Shown: positions 12,293 through 25,488, counted from the stretch's first letter. The stretch is DNA of 64,000 nucleotides from Ramazzottius varieornatus (GCA_001949185.1 BDGG01000014.1:775378-839377), one strand, 5' to 3'. Numbers and translations: made by a program. Notes: a model not told the origin generated them from the sequence alone.

Positions 12293-13310
12293 CAGCGGTG
12301 GACGGATGATTTTCTCACCTAATATCGAGATTTTCTCAGCCGTCACGTACGACCTGCCAGGAACTAGTAGGACGGCAAATTTTGTCCTCGGTGCGCAACT
12401 TTTACCTCCGCTGAACAAGAGACCTGATGTTCGAAGAACGTTTGGAACGGTATTTTTCGTATGAGAAATATCGATCGAGCGATTGCCGTTCGCGAGCTGG
12501 GCTGCACTTTCTGTTGCGAAGCCGTTTTTTGTTGTGAATAATTCACTGAGAAAATCATCCGTCCATCGCTGTAAACCTGAGGATGGTGTGGTTTCACCAC
12601 ACCACACCGAAAAAAACCACTCTTTTTGGTTTCGGTGCGCTTGAAACACCAAATCGAAAAATTGGTGTCCGAATCACACCGAATTTGTCGTTTCGGTGTC
12701 TAGGAACATCACATCACACCAAACCGAAAAACTTTTGGTGCACCAGATATAATGAGCTAGTCAGCCAGCTTGGGCTGGATGAGTATCGCAAACTCGCTGT
12801 TTCGCGCCGTGGTTGATTCGACTAACTGTTGATTGTTTAAGCTGAGAAAATGAAACTGCGAAAATTCGAAAATTTAACTGGAAATCCCGACGTAATGTTT
12901 TCCCTGTCATGTCAAAAATGGTGATTGACTTTATGGCTGTTTGCGCTTCTTCGGTCCCCTCTGAGCGATGGTTTTCGCGTGCTGGTAAGGTCGTTACCAA
13001 GCCTAGAAGTTCACTAGATAGTACGACCGTGCAAGTTTCGACGTGTTTGAAATCTTGGTATTTTTTTGAGTTTCATACAGCGCAGTTCGATTTGTCGATG
13101 ACGGATTAATAAATTGTGAATTCGCTCTTTGAAACTTTTTTCGGTTTTTCGATTTGGTTTGGTGTGGTGCACCGAAAGAGTGGTGTCCGATCCACACCAC
13201 ACCGGAAAAAGTAGTGTGGCTTTCGCACCGTGTGGAGAAGCACAGAACCGAAAAACACTACACCACACCACACCACACCTAATCACACTTTTCTCAGGTC
13301 TACATCGCTG
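12293..13310. mobile_element. hAT-type MITE (~280 bp), interrupted at its right TIR by a second element
   Basis: 25-bp TIR cagcg(g/a)tggacggatgattttctca at 12293-12317 and 12547-12571. Flanks tttttgat/tttttaat fit an 8-bp TSD with one mismatch. Confidence 0.8.
12572..13302 (+). mobile_element. Non-autonomous hAT element retaining a hATC dimerisation-domain fragment
   Basis: Perfect 8-bp TSD CATCGCTG (12564-12571 and 13303-13310); TIR TA(A/G)ACCTGAG..GTGTG; subterminal CACAC/ACACC repeats; ORF fragment FMAVCASSVPSERWFSRAGKVVTKPRSSL..CLKSW. Confidence 0.92.
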
Positions 13311-13533
13311 TTTTTAATTTTTGAATTTTTGATTTTTTCAGACGTTCTCTCGGATCTCTCCGTGGTCTCCGAAGTTCGGACTTCGGACTTGAGGTATTCT
13401 CTCCTCCAGCATCCAGAAGTGTCGTCGTCGGTAGTGTGATTTTCCCGCCGTGGATGTATCGGTATCACTTCAGCGCTGGTCCTGAGGAAGCCGGAGAAGC
13501 GCTGTGTGTTCCAGTTTCCGTCGGATTTCCATC

Positions 13534-15889
13534 ATGTCAACCGGAAGTATGATCTTGCAGATTCCTCTGTCGTTACTCCGTTTCTCCTCCAGGTACTCCT
13601 TCCATACATCTCGGCAACGTTCCGTCGTTCAAGCCATGAAGTACAGGACGACGAAGCGCGATCCGCGTCTGATACGGCAGGCTCTGGACGCGAGGGAAGT
13701 TCCCGTGATCCGAGTGCCTCAAGCCATGGCGCGGAAGATGGACGCAGCGCTGGCTGTCCGGCAGGCTAAAGATGAGGAAAAACTACAGAAGCGAATGTTT
13801 AACAGAAGCCTACCTCTGGTCATCTCCTGCAAGCGTACCGAGTTCAACTATCGACCAGGAGAACGGGTGATGGATTACAAAGACAAGTTCAAAGATCCCA
13901 AGCTCAAATTGGCCACGCGCGCCTGGGCCAATCCGAAGTCGAAAGGAGACTGGATCGTCGTCCATCCCTTCGGTGATAATCCTGCCTTCAAGAACTGTGA
14001 TCTGGATCCTGTTCCTGGGTTTGAGAAGTTCGATCTGCACCAGAACGTCCGCGATGCCATTCAAGACATGGATTACACGGTAACTTATTTCACTGCTGTT
14101 CAATTCATTGATTGTTGATTGAAGTTTTGACTGTGATGTCTTATTTACTTGTGACGTCATGCGCAGCTGTCTTTGCTTGCGCGATCGTTCGTGCGGCGCT
14201 CTTGCACATGCGTATGCTAAGAACGGGTTCCGTAACTTGGTTATGTATGTTAGATGAGTGTGTCGTGGTCGGGGTAGTCTTCCTATGTACTTTATTTCGC
14301 GCGGTAGCATGCACTTGCGGGCAACAAATTTCGGGTTCCCACCATGTGTTCTGTATGGTGGTGCATGTCGCTCGAATGCGTTGATACTCGATTGATTCAA
14401 CCCTTGTTCCTCGATCTGCAGGTTTGTACAAACATTCAGAACGAGGCCATTCCGATGTTGATGCAGGGCGACAACGTCCTGATGGCGGCTGAAACAGGCA
14501 GTGGAAAGACTCTGGCCTATCTGATACCCCTTATCAACAAGCTCGTCCTGACCCTCGAAGAAGAAGCCGCTTCTCCGACCTTCGACCGCTCGCACATCCC
14601 GCTCAACTCACCGCGTGCCGTCATTCTCGTTCCCAGTCGCGAGCTAGCTCAGCAAGTCTTTGACGAAGTAGTCAAGCTGATAGCTTACAGCCCGGTCAAC
14701 GCTCAAGTCCTCATCGGTGGTGAGCGAACACAAGTGAAGCTGTGGAGACCTGAGCTGAACACGGTGGACGTCCTCGTCGCCACACCTGGCGTCTTGGCCA
14801 AACTGCTGAGTAACAAGATTTGGAGCTTCAAGATGGCCCAGACCATCGTCGTGGATGAAGCTGACTCTTTACTGGATGACAGTTTCAGCGGAGTGGTCAA
14901 GAAAATTCTTCAGAGGACGTCGATCCAGAGCGCTGCACCTGGACAGGAAGACACCAAGAATGAATACACTACAGGCTGTCAGTTGGTTTTGGCTGGTAAG
15001 TTCCATCTGTTCCGTTTGCACGACTTCCGGCCATTGGTCAGTCGTTCAATCCGCTCAGTTCAGAAATAGCACATCCGAATAGAATTCAAGATAGCCTAAT
15101 CATACACCGACCTACGTCCTACCTCGGTTTCTGTTGGATGACTACAAGTTTGTTTTCATAGGTGCGACGTTACCGCGCTCTCTCGATTCCATCTTGGATG
15201 GTATCGTCAACCGACAAAACCTAACTCGGGTAACCACACGGCATTTACACCGTGTCTCTCCTCACATCAAGCAGACCTTCCACCGGGTACTCAAGTCACA
15301 AAAGTCCAGCTTGATTCTCGAGTTGGTTCGCGAGTCTCTCAGACGGGGAGATACCCTCATGATCTTCTGTCACGACGCTGCAACCTGTGACTGGCTGACT
15401 ATGTTCTTGGATCAGGAAGGCATCGAAGGTGTGACCAATTTGAATGGTCAGATGACACAACGACTTCGCCGAGGTATCAATACCGTGCCAGAAAAAAACT
15501 TTATTGAAACATATTTCTGTTATTGTGCCCATTTTTTTCCAGGTCGGTTCGACGCTTTCAAGAACGGTTCAGTTCGTGTTCTAGTCTGCACCGATATCGT
15601 GTCGCGAGGGTTGGATACAACTTTCGTGAACCATGTTGTAAACTATGACTTCCCCAGCGTCATATCCGACTACATCCACAGGTGCGGAAGGACAGGAAGG
15701 GTGGGAACGCTCTGCGAGAAAAGTAGAGTAACCAGTTATATAGCGTACCCGCAAGAAGTCTTCGTGATGCATAAAATAGAACAAGCTATTCGAGATTCGA
15801 GGGAATATGATAATGTGAATGCTAATGTTAGCCGGTTGATTAACGCTAAGATTCATGGTCTGAAACCGGAAGATGTTCTTGACAACTGA
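13534..15889 (+). CDS. DDX28: Mitochondrial DEAD-box RNA helicase DDX28-like
   Basis: Exons 13534-14079, 14422-14995, 15162-15473 and 15543-15889. Arg/Ser-rich presequence-like N-terminus, Q motif, AETGSGKT, PSRELAQQ, DEAD, GAT, SRGLD, HRCGRTGR; the N-terminal W...KSKGD motif is typical of DDX28. Confidence 0.88.
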
Positions 15890-16747
15890 AGCTCTACAGG
15901 GGGTAATCTTTGATGATCTTTTTCAATTTTATTGCTTGGTTTCTGCCGCTACTCGATAAACCATCAATCAGAGATTCAAAAGTATCACGTCTTCACGTAT
16001 GACTTTGCGGTTCTCGATGGATCACCTTTGGAACTTTTTTCAACCTTGTGTGACGACTTTCAAAGTCTACCTTCTGTTTCATGTCAGTATGATACCTATC
16101 TCTATTAATTTGTAAAGAAAGGAAGCGAGCTGCTGCGATCCTCCTGGAAAAGATCCCAAATATTACTAAAAGACTGCGGAAGGAAAGGAAGACACCTAAA
16201 CCGAGTTGTGTTCGGAAGTTTCTCTTCCCCGACAACAGCTGCGTAATCTGACCTGTGCCGCACAAGAAAGGATGTGAGTTGACAAATCAACCTCTAGATC
16301 TTCAAACAGATGTTTTCTGTGATATAACCGGCTGATGCGCAAGTTTAGAGAGGTTTTGCATTTCCGGCTTTCTGCGTCTTATGGCTTCAACCGATCCTCT
16401 TGTTGTTGTGTCGGAAGAAACTGCCGAAGAACCTTGCGAGACACACGGCTTCACTGAAAAGCCTTGGTTTTCAAAATTGTAAGTGTAACTTTGGGCTGTC
16501 TAACTTTCCGGAAAGTGCTTCTTGACCCAAACTTCTGCCTGCTTTCCAAAGTACATTGAATTTTCTTTGAGTTCTAGACAGCTTGAATTTCAACCTAGCC
16601 AGGCAAGACGCACTGATCAACTTAACCCCAATATCCAGTACGTTCCTTTTCCGATGCTAGAGGGAACGTGTGTAACGGCAGCAGGCTGGGGCGCCAAAAA
16701 TGACGCTCATTTCCGTGTTCGAAGAACCGAAGCTCACTGGCTGATTT

Positions 16748-16785
16748 TTTTCGATCACGTGACAAGTCCGTCACGTGATCGAAAA
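16748..16785. promoter_or_regulatory. Perfect 16-bp inverted repeat carrying two TCACGTGA E-boxes
   Basis: ttttcgatcacgtgac-aagtcc-gtcacgtgatcgaaaa. Confidence 0.45.
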
Positions 16786-18387
16786 GCCCAAGGTGCCTTC
16801 TACATAAAACTTTTGTAATTAGTGAAATCGGACAACGCGTTCAGAAGCTATGAAATTACAAACGAATACCATGGGGTAGCGATGACCCGTGACAGTAACT
16901 GTACATGATGTACATGGTGATTTTAATTCTCTGGATCATTTTTGAAACCTCAAAGTAAGATAAGCACTCATCCCCTTGCTTCCGGCTTTAATACCTAGGA
17001 ACCTTAATACCGTAGGAACCTCCGAATACGATCCCTCAAAATTCTGTGGAGATTGCACATCTGCCAGAAAACATGAAGATGAACTCAAACTACCCGGAGA
17101 ACACCCGTCAGCTGTCTTTGGCTTCCGGTGTCGAAACATTATCTCGTCCAATCTGATCTTTTTACAACTCATGCGATAGAAAGCTCTCTGGGCTAACGAC
17201 TGCGTTTATCTGTTTTGGGCGGAATTTCCTGGAAAATGAAACTATAACCGTCATTTCTCGACCAGAAACTCACATTTTATTTTGATATTTTTTGGTTAGA
17301 GTATGAAACCAGATCACAACCCCGAACATTTTTTATCGGACAGCTAATTGTTAAACTTGGAAATATATTTTAGCTTGAAGTTTACCGTTTCTCAAAAACG
17401 AAAAATATGAGAAAAACGAAATTTTCATGCTGCAGTCCGAACTGAAGTGTCGCAAGTCCGACAAACGGAACGATATTTGAGTATCTGCATACGAGAATGC
17501 GTCCAAAGTGTTTTTCCTCCGAATCGGTCTTTTGTGACGTCAGGTTCTTCTGATCATCAAACTGTACCATGAGTTGCATTTGCTACCATTTGCTACCAAA
17601 ATGAACGTTGTACCAATGTCCGAAAATTTGAGGGTTCGAATTGCAAATGCAGGGCTTTGACCCAGCCAGTCTTGGCGTCAGCAGCGTGCGATGTCTAGAG
17701 ACACATACCTGCAGCTGTCTTCACAGTGGCTTGTTTCCGGAACCTTTCGCTTGATTGATTGATTAAATACAAATGTGCAGTACGCTACAGGGCGTGTATG
17801 AGCGGATCAGCCACATGGCTGCCACTTTCGAAGCTTTCAGCGATATGTACATTTCTTCACCATTGGGCGGATAAGCTTTTTGCTAACGAATTCAGGTTCA
17901 GGAGTTGTTTGGTGAAGGCAGATACGCACTTCGAGAACTTGTTCGGGTGGCAAAACGCAAAAACTCGTTTCCTGAACAATTTGGTCCAACACCATTTAGA
18001 CGCATTCTCGTATGCAGATACCCATTTTAGAAGAATATTTTTTCTTCCCAAGGCCAACAGATATGTGAGTGACATACCATCAGCAAAATTTTTTTAAAGA
18101 CTTTCGTTTGGAAGGAAACTAATTTCGACTGCGAATGGGGCGATGCCTAAACCACTGATCGATTTCCGGGCAGTTCAGGCATTTCTGTATGAATTTTGTT
18201 AGGTACACGCGATCTTTATGAGATTTCCAGGAATCGTTGTTGTATACTAAAGCCACCTGGGGATCAATTCCAAGAATTAGAATCACAACGATAATGTATG
18301 ACGCCCGAACATCATGCTTAGCCTCCCAATTCATTTAACCGTGTGGATTTTGCTTCGACAAAAAAACCAAAATTTTAGACATCAGAG

Positions 18388-21315
18388 TTAGACGATAGTC
18401 CATTTGTCGCTGCGTAACTCCACGCGCTGAACTAATCCCCTACCCAACAAACTAAAATCCTCGACCATCGCTGACACATTCACAGACATGATAGCCTTGT
18501 TATCACCAGAGACCATTCTTCCAAAAGATCTGTCGGCGTCGAAGGGCACTGGCTGACAGGCAGCGGTCTTCCAGACGACGTGGACGGTGTATCCTCCGTG
18601 CAGGTCCACGAAGAAGTATGCAAAGTTTCCATAGGTGTTCCGGAGAGACTCGACGTACAGACTTACAGTATCAAAATCCACCAGGATGTTGTTGATAGGC
18701 TTGTTGGACTTGGCGTCGACAAGTTCCAGATGAGGCATAGAGATGACTACCGGCTGATTCGTTTTCCTCGCGTTTCCTTTGACCGGCTTCGAGTCCTCTG
18801 ATTTCACCGACTCTGGAAAACAAAATAGCACATTATATTCATCAGAATGGTTCTCCCTCCACTTCCGAATTATCACTGACAACTGGGATGTCAAATTACT
18901 GTTGTCCAGTACTTTGGAGCTCGGCAAAACAACACCAAAAGGTTGTTCTTCCAAGTAACGCACGCTTCCAGTCAATAGCACTTAATACATACGCCACTTG
19001 AGAACTCAACAAGAGCGTTGTTCGACGGTCCCTTTTCTCGAGTAACGCACGCTTTCGATCAAAAACAGCGAAATGTGTTCCACTTCGGAACTCAACAAAC
19101 GTTGTTTAGAGTGGCGCGCGCTTCCGGCAATAACACAGAAATATTTGCGCCACTTGGAAGAAGAATCTTGGCGTCCATATCCGCTTCCATCCCAAGGGAG
19201 TCTGAAGTTGTTTTTTTCCCCCATGGAGTATTCAGTTAAAGAAACGTTTACTGTAGCCTAGGATTTTGAGGATGTATTCTAAGTTGCTCTTCAACATCAA
19301 TGATTTTTGCGTACGTTCAGCAGGGAGGTCTTCGACCAAGTCCAGCATCTCATGCCTCCTTGCCACCATCTTCTTCTTTAAATGTATCACACAGTCGGCT
19401 TGGTCATCCATCGGAGCTCTAAAAAGGGCTTTGGCATCCCTGACACCTTCACCCAGCCTTAGCTGAGCCGAGGCCTCGAACGCCGCTCTGGCCAACAACG
19501 TCAGCCTCTTCAACACCAAACTTGTCGGTCCTTCCGCGCTCCACGTCGACGTATTGTCAAACGGCGTCAGCACACACATCGGCGGATACTCTTTCCTCCT
19601 CAGGGAAAATTCTTGCTTCAGCTGGTTAACTTCGGGGGAAGTCAGCTCGTCATTGAAATTGACAATCATCAGGCTTTTCGCCCAGTCGAAATTTGAAAGA
19701 ATACTCAAGAATTTCACAAACGCTAAATCCGAAGAAACTAAGAGCTCTTCCCGACTTTCGTGCAAGTATACGTACGCCACGATGAGTTCGACTATTTCGG
19801 GAGGAACGTAAGGGTGGAGAAGTTGCGAGCTGATCCATCGTTTGGCTAGACGACAGGTTAAGCCGAAGCTCTCAAACTGTCGCGAGAAACCGCCCAACGC
19901 TCCGCTGAGCTTCACATCCAGGTCGAACTTCCTCTTCAGGAAGTTGTGTTCCAAAGTGTCTTCAAGCTTTGTTCTTCCATCGGGAAGCGTAACCTTCCTT
20001 GACAGCTGGATTTCGCCCAGGTAGACGATTTCCAGGGTGAAACACCAGCCATTCTTCCAGACTTGCAGTTCTGTGGCGGAAGTATGGTAAGCTGTCGGGC
20101 GCAGATCGTTTCCCTTTCGACGTGTGCCTTCAACCCCCACCTCGAGCAGAAACTGCGAGCCAGCACCCCTCAGCGTACTGGAGGTCGTGGCAGTACCCGC
20201 TGAACCGGAAGTCACAGTTGGACTACCAGAAGTTACCACTGCGGCATAATTCGAGGCTTTCAACACTTCGGCGATTTGGAGCTGGAAGGCAGTCTTCAGT
20301 CGAGCGATGGCAGCTCGATTCTCTGGCCACTTGGCGGAGCCTTCTAGGACCACCTGGACAGGAATGGACTGGACGAACGGTTGGACGAAATTTGCGTTAA
20401 GCTTAAAGGTGGCGGGAAGCGGAGGGAAGACTTCCGTGAAGCGAAGGGCTGGTGCGACGGAACGAACTGACGTGATGTTCAACGGTAGGTCAGCGATGTT
20501 GCGAAGGTCGGTGGAGAGAGTCGTGTAAGTCTGAAAGATCTCTTGGAAAACTTCTTCGGAAGTTGGTGACTTTGGAAACTTGATGGGGAAACTCACTCTG
20601 GAAGAAGAGAAAGGTTCGCACATTACCACACTATGACATAACAGTATGACAACATGATAGGAACCTGAAGCATACTTTTGAAACTGCAGCGTTTCGTCCC
20701 AAACGTTCCCAGCATATCTGACTAACTTCCCGTCGATAGCAGCATGTCTCTTCAAGACTTGCTTAACGATGCGAGCACAAATCGACCGTCTTTCGGCTTC
20801 GGAGCTGGCTTTCCAAATGACAGCTTCGGACAGAGGCCGGTCGTGAAACTTCCTCAGCTGTACGTTGTCGTCGCCCCAAAACTCCTGAAACTCTTTGGCG
20901 CCAGCCGTGAAAGCTTCTGGTCCCAATTCTCGAACGTCTTTGTACTCATGACGATTGAGCAACAGGCCGATGGTGATGGCCGAAGCGGCATCTCGCTTCC
21001 GTTTCGGTGGAGCTTCGTCTCCTGTTGCCAACACCTCGACTTGCGTAACTCGCTTACCAAACGCTTTGCGAACGATGTCTTCGATGTAAAGTGCAGGAGA
21101 AGTCTTCAAGGAGCGAGCGAGAGAGTCCAAGGCAGCATCGGCGCCGACGACGCTGAAGAGGTGGTCGTACTTGACATTCCATTCCCTCTTGCGCTATAAC
21201 GTGGAGACTATAAGATTGATTGAGCGGAAGTTGATTAAACACTTTGAATCATTTTCCTTCTCACCTGTTTTTCCGTGCCGAGGGTATCGACATCCTCCTG
21301 CGGTTTCCTTTTCAT
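18388..21315 (-). CDS. NOL6: Nucleolar protein 6 (Utp22/Nrap), apparently lacking the N-terminal Nrap domains
   Basis: Exons 21315-21265, 21193-20676, 20597-19315 (possible extra in-frame intron ~20227-20090) and 18812-18388. Motifs GPEA..AKEFQEFWG..LRKFHD..SEAVIW, LEGSAKWPEN..AIARLKTAF, RLAKRWISSQLL, FFVDLHGG, DFSLLGRGLV. Confidence 0.9.
18915..19142. repeat. Intronic palindromic repeat family A, copy 3 (three tandem units; NOL6 intron 18813-19314)
   Basis: ggagctcggcaaaacaa, then three agt(aa/gg)cgc..gctt-loop-ccactt(g) units, the first two followed by gaactcaacaa. Confidence 0.85.
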
Positions 21316-22119
21316 ACTTCTGGTTAGTCGAAAACAGGTATAGTGAATCCAGACACAGATAATCTGAGCTCGAACAAACTGGAATCAGAAGGAAAGAAGA
21401 TGGGGAAGAAAAGCAGGAACGGATGGAAAGGTTGTCATGTTATCTGTGATGTCATGATGATATTTCGCAACTTGGGCGGTCATAGTTAACAATGCCCTGT
21501 GACTGGATGGAAAATTTTACGAACGAATCAAGCGAAAGCATTGAGATGGCGTGTGACGTCGAAAATGTCATCACGAGCACTTCATGCTGTAACAAACACG
21601 TCACTTGGAGAGCTTGTTTATCACATTTCGTCCGGGAACATTTTTTGGAATTCTCCTGAAAGAACTATTCATTCCCGATTTTTATCCCTGATCATCGTAC
21701 TTTTTGGAAGAGTACAACCGACGCTTCGGAATATTTGAATCGACCGGATCGATTCGTTTCTTGTTCCCGTACAAGGTAAGCTCGAATTTAGAGCACTCGG
21801 TCAGCCACCTCGATACATGTCGGCTTAGTCCCAATTCGATCTTCCGGATTTCTGCTCTCGTCTGGTCTCGTCATTCCTGATCTCCAGCGCTACTGGATGT
21901 TGGCCTATCTGAAGGGGTTTTGTAACGAACTGGTTGTTAAGCGATTTCGACACGATGGGAGTTTCGTCAATTTTCAATTTCAAGCTTCTGGCTAGACCCC
22001 CGGAAGTTCTGCACTGAGCCGTGCCGCGTCCACCGTTGTGGACTAAAAGGCGGTGCTTGTAACCCTTGATTGATTAATGATTTTCGACCTGCTGTGTTTA
22101 CAGGATAAAATCTTCCACC

Positions 22120-25100
22120 ATGGCTGACGAGAAGAAAGGCACCGGAAAGAAGGACAAGAAGGGGAAGAAGGTTGTCATGTCCCTGGACCAGTTCATCGCT
22201 GCTCCGGTGGTGGAAGATGTCATTGATTGGGCGGCTGAGCTGGATCAGAACCTGCCGATGAATCGAAACTATGGCTCGTCGAGTGCGCCTGTCGCTTTGC
22301 CGTCTGGACCGCGTTCCATGATGGGTGGACCGGACATTGATTATGATGTCTACTCGCATGTCCCGCCGTTCTACCTGGTGATGGACAACGCACCGTTCGA
22401 CGTGACAGAATTTGACATCATCAAGTTCTTTGGTAAAGAAATCCACCTGAAAGAGGTGATTCCTTCCATGGAGTTTGGAGGCCAGCGCAATCGTCTAGCA
22501 CCGCGGGTTGAGTTCGAGACTCGAGACATGATGATCAAAGCTCTGCAGGAAAAGCAAAACACGGTAAGAGAGTTTTTCCTAGGATGAGGGGTTTTTGGCG
22601 CGACCTTGGCAAATAGTGTTACTCCTCGAGCAGGGCCGTGCCTTTAGCAAAAGTTGTCCGAGAGTGGAAACGACCATTTTGTGTTTGGGTGTTTTACAGA
22701 CTTTCATCAAGCGAACGGTGAATTTGAAGACACTGGAACAGATGATTCCACAGAATCAGGATGTTCGGAGTGGAAAGTATGGCAGTCGCGATTTTCAGAG
22801 ACGTCCCGAAGACGGGCCAGATCCGACACTGGGACAGTGGCGCACGGGGAACGACTCGGGTCCCATGCAGCACAACAACATGCCTCCTCCTGAACGTGAC
22901 TTTGCGAACCTGCGAGATCGACCTGGTCCTCCTTCAGACATGGGTCGTCCGCCTTTCAACGACAGTGAGTTTAAAAGACCTCCAACTATTTCTCTCCCGA
23001 CCGTTCTTTTCTTGCGCAAATTTCCTCGAGTTTTCCTCGAGTATTTTTCTGACAATTAACCAGTACTGGGTTTCTCTTTTCTAGATCGTCAGAATATGAA
23101 TATGCGAGATCGAGCACCAATGCGTGAACCCGGTTCCTTCGAAATCACGCGCAACCAGAATATTCCCCCTCCTGCACAAAACTTCTCTCGGCAGGAACCG
23201 CCCAGAGATTTCGGTTTGTTCGAATGAATTGTCAACCGAATACAAAAACAAATACCCAGAAATTCTTTTTTTTCGTGTGAAGCCTTCTCTCAATTTGGCC
23301 GTTTTCCTGATGGAATACGATAGATGGCATTCACATTTTGGCGCGGCCTTGAGTTTACTGTCATCGACCCGTCGATGTTGCTCCGCGTTGGATGGGGTCT
23401 TTGACGCTGCTTTCTGGACGAGTAATGCCGTTTCTGTCTTTGCAGAGTTCCGTCGGGGCGGTCCTTCCTTCGAGCGAGCCATCTCGCGCGAAGGTTCAGA
23501 GTTTTCAAACGACGGCTCTTCTGCGAGGTATTCAAGCGCCTACGGTCACCTGCCTCCTCCCGGCTGGGACGGTCGTGCCAGACCGTCACAGCGTGGCGAT
23601 GACAGGAACGACATGAGACGAAGTCATGGCCCCCCTCAGAGCGCCCGCGATGGGGCTTTCAGAACCAACGACTTTAGTCGTGGTAGAGAAGATGTGGTGA
23701 TTGAGAGGAGGTCCAGTAACACCATGATGCACCCACCACCACCCATGCCTCCTCCCATCAACAATCACGTCATAACACGAGACAGACCGCCCAACTTCGA
23801 GCAAGAACAACAGCAGATCCAGAGAATGCCAGAGAGACCCGAGGATTTCAGAGGACGATCAAGCGATCGAGCGCCACCGCCACGATACCCCGACCGCCAC
23901 GAGCCTCCTCGCCACCAGGTACCCAAAATATTCCTAAGAGTAACCGCAAGGATCTAAGAAGAAAGAAAGGCGGAGTTTTGGCATCAGCTCGTTGGAAAAT
24001 GAGTAGTATCGCGAGAAATAATTGTTTATTGAAGGGCACGGCCTTGGCTGTTCATGGTGCTGGCTGCCAGGGCCGTGCCCTGCAAAGCGGGTTGATCATC
24101 GAAGATCGACGAAAATTGTCAGACGAGTTTTCTTACCTGATGATCTTGAATGTTTTGCAGGGAGACATACGTCGATCGAGTTTCGAGCAAAGAGACCATC
24201 ATCAGAATATGGCACCGCCGAGAGAGCCTCCTCGGATCAACAAGGCGGAAGAGCCTGCCGAACGGCCCAAGCTCATCCTGGCTCCTCGCGCAGTGGACAC
24301 ATCCAGTGGCGCAACGCAGATCACTGTTCAGCCACCGTCAGCTATCTTTGGTGGCGCCAAACCGGTGGACACTTTAGCCAAAGAACGAGAGATTGAGGAA
24401 AAGATCCAGCGAGACTTGGCAGCGGCGGCGGAAGAAGCCGAGAGGAAGAAAGCGGAAGCGCTGAAAGCCAAGGAACTAGCCACCGCACCTTCGGCAGCGA
24501 AGGCAGAGGGAAATGCAGAAGGCAACCTGCAGAAGAAAATGAGCGGTTTGAGTTTGAATAACCAAGATGGCAGTTCGAATTTTGACAGACGGAATAATAA
24601 CAACGGTGGTCATTATGGTCAGCACCAGCAACGCGGTGGATTCCACAACAGTAACAGCAATAACAGAAACGACCAGAACAAACCAGGTATGTTGGTGATA
24701 CTAGAACATTTCCTGAACTCTTCCAGGTAGTTTTTGTCAGATTGAAGACAATTTCTGGGAAGCTGATCATTCTGCTCTGAACTTCCGTGCAATTGTGACA
24801 AAAATTTGGTAATGCAGAGAATCGAACCGACGCACTTTCAGCAGTCTGCATGATTAAACATTTTGAGCAATTGCGACTCATCTTGCGACTCATGTAACAA
24901 ACTGGAAGTCCAGGGTTCGATTCTGCAGTCTGGCTTTTTCGAAAAAACTTTTTCGTGAGGTTTTGTTCGAAGTTTTCTGATTTTGGTCAGTCAGGTTATT
25001 CAAAGGGAATTTTCTTGTTTTTCTCAGTGTCGATTGTACGTCCCCAACAGCAGAACGCCAACGCGGACGCAAACCTCGTTCATCGATCGAGCCCCGCAGG

Positions 25101-25488
25101 CAACTTCAAAGTGGCCATCCCTCCTCGCCACCAGCAGCCAATCGACCGACAACTGTCCGACGTCTCGGGTCGCAGCCAAGACAAGTTGCAGACTCAAGTC
25201 TCCGGCGATGGCGAAGAAGAGGACAACCGCAAAGTGAGCGGTGGCGACGGTGAGGAGGAGGAGGAGGAAGCGGAGGAAGAGGATGGCTTCACCAAAGTGA
25301 CCAACCACAAGAAGGAACGTTCTAGCAACCAAGGACAGTTCACTGGCTCGCGAGTCTTCACGCCCAGTGCCCGAGGAGGCCGTGGGAGAGGGTCGGGAGG
25401 TGGGATGAGGGGAGCTCCAGGACCCAGGAGACCGTACCAAGGTGGCGCGAGAGGTGGAACGACGAGGGGAAGTAGTAATGTTGCTTGA
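22120..25488 (+). CDS. EIF4B: Eukaryotic translation initiation factor 4B
   Basis: KKGKKVVMSLDQF, DWA..D, LPSGPR, RRM (PPFYLVMDNAPFDVTE), D/R-rich middle, ERPKLILAPR..IFGGAKPVDT..KEREIEEK, RGG tail. Six coding exons plus a 5' UTR exon ending at 21775. Confidence 0.9.
24033..24081. repeat. Intronic hairpin family B (AGGGCACGGCC..GGCCGTGCCCT); related copies at ~22596-22645 and ~47774-47918
   Basis: 11-bp perfect stem in eIF4B intron 23919-24160. cagggccgtgcc recurs in another eIF4B intron and in the bZIP intron. Confidence 0.6.

Noticed and set aside
13810-14595. 261-aa antisense ORF over DDX28, and similar shadow ORFs over NOL6, eIF4B, SPG7 and the bZIP gene
   Set aside because: Antisense or off-frame shadows of real coding exons.
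18945-19142. CRISPR-like appearance of palindromic repeats with variable spacers (also 28606-28812)
   Set aside because: Eukaryotic intron context, only 2-3 degenerate units, loops are related to each other, and there are no cas genes.
1417-20675. Several stop-free introns with length divisible by 3 (1417-1485, 15474-15542, 20598-20675)
   Set aside because: Expected fairly often by chance for ~70-nt introns; no evidence for regulated retention.
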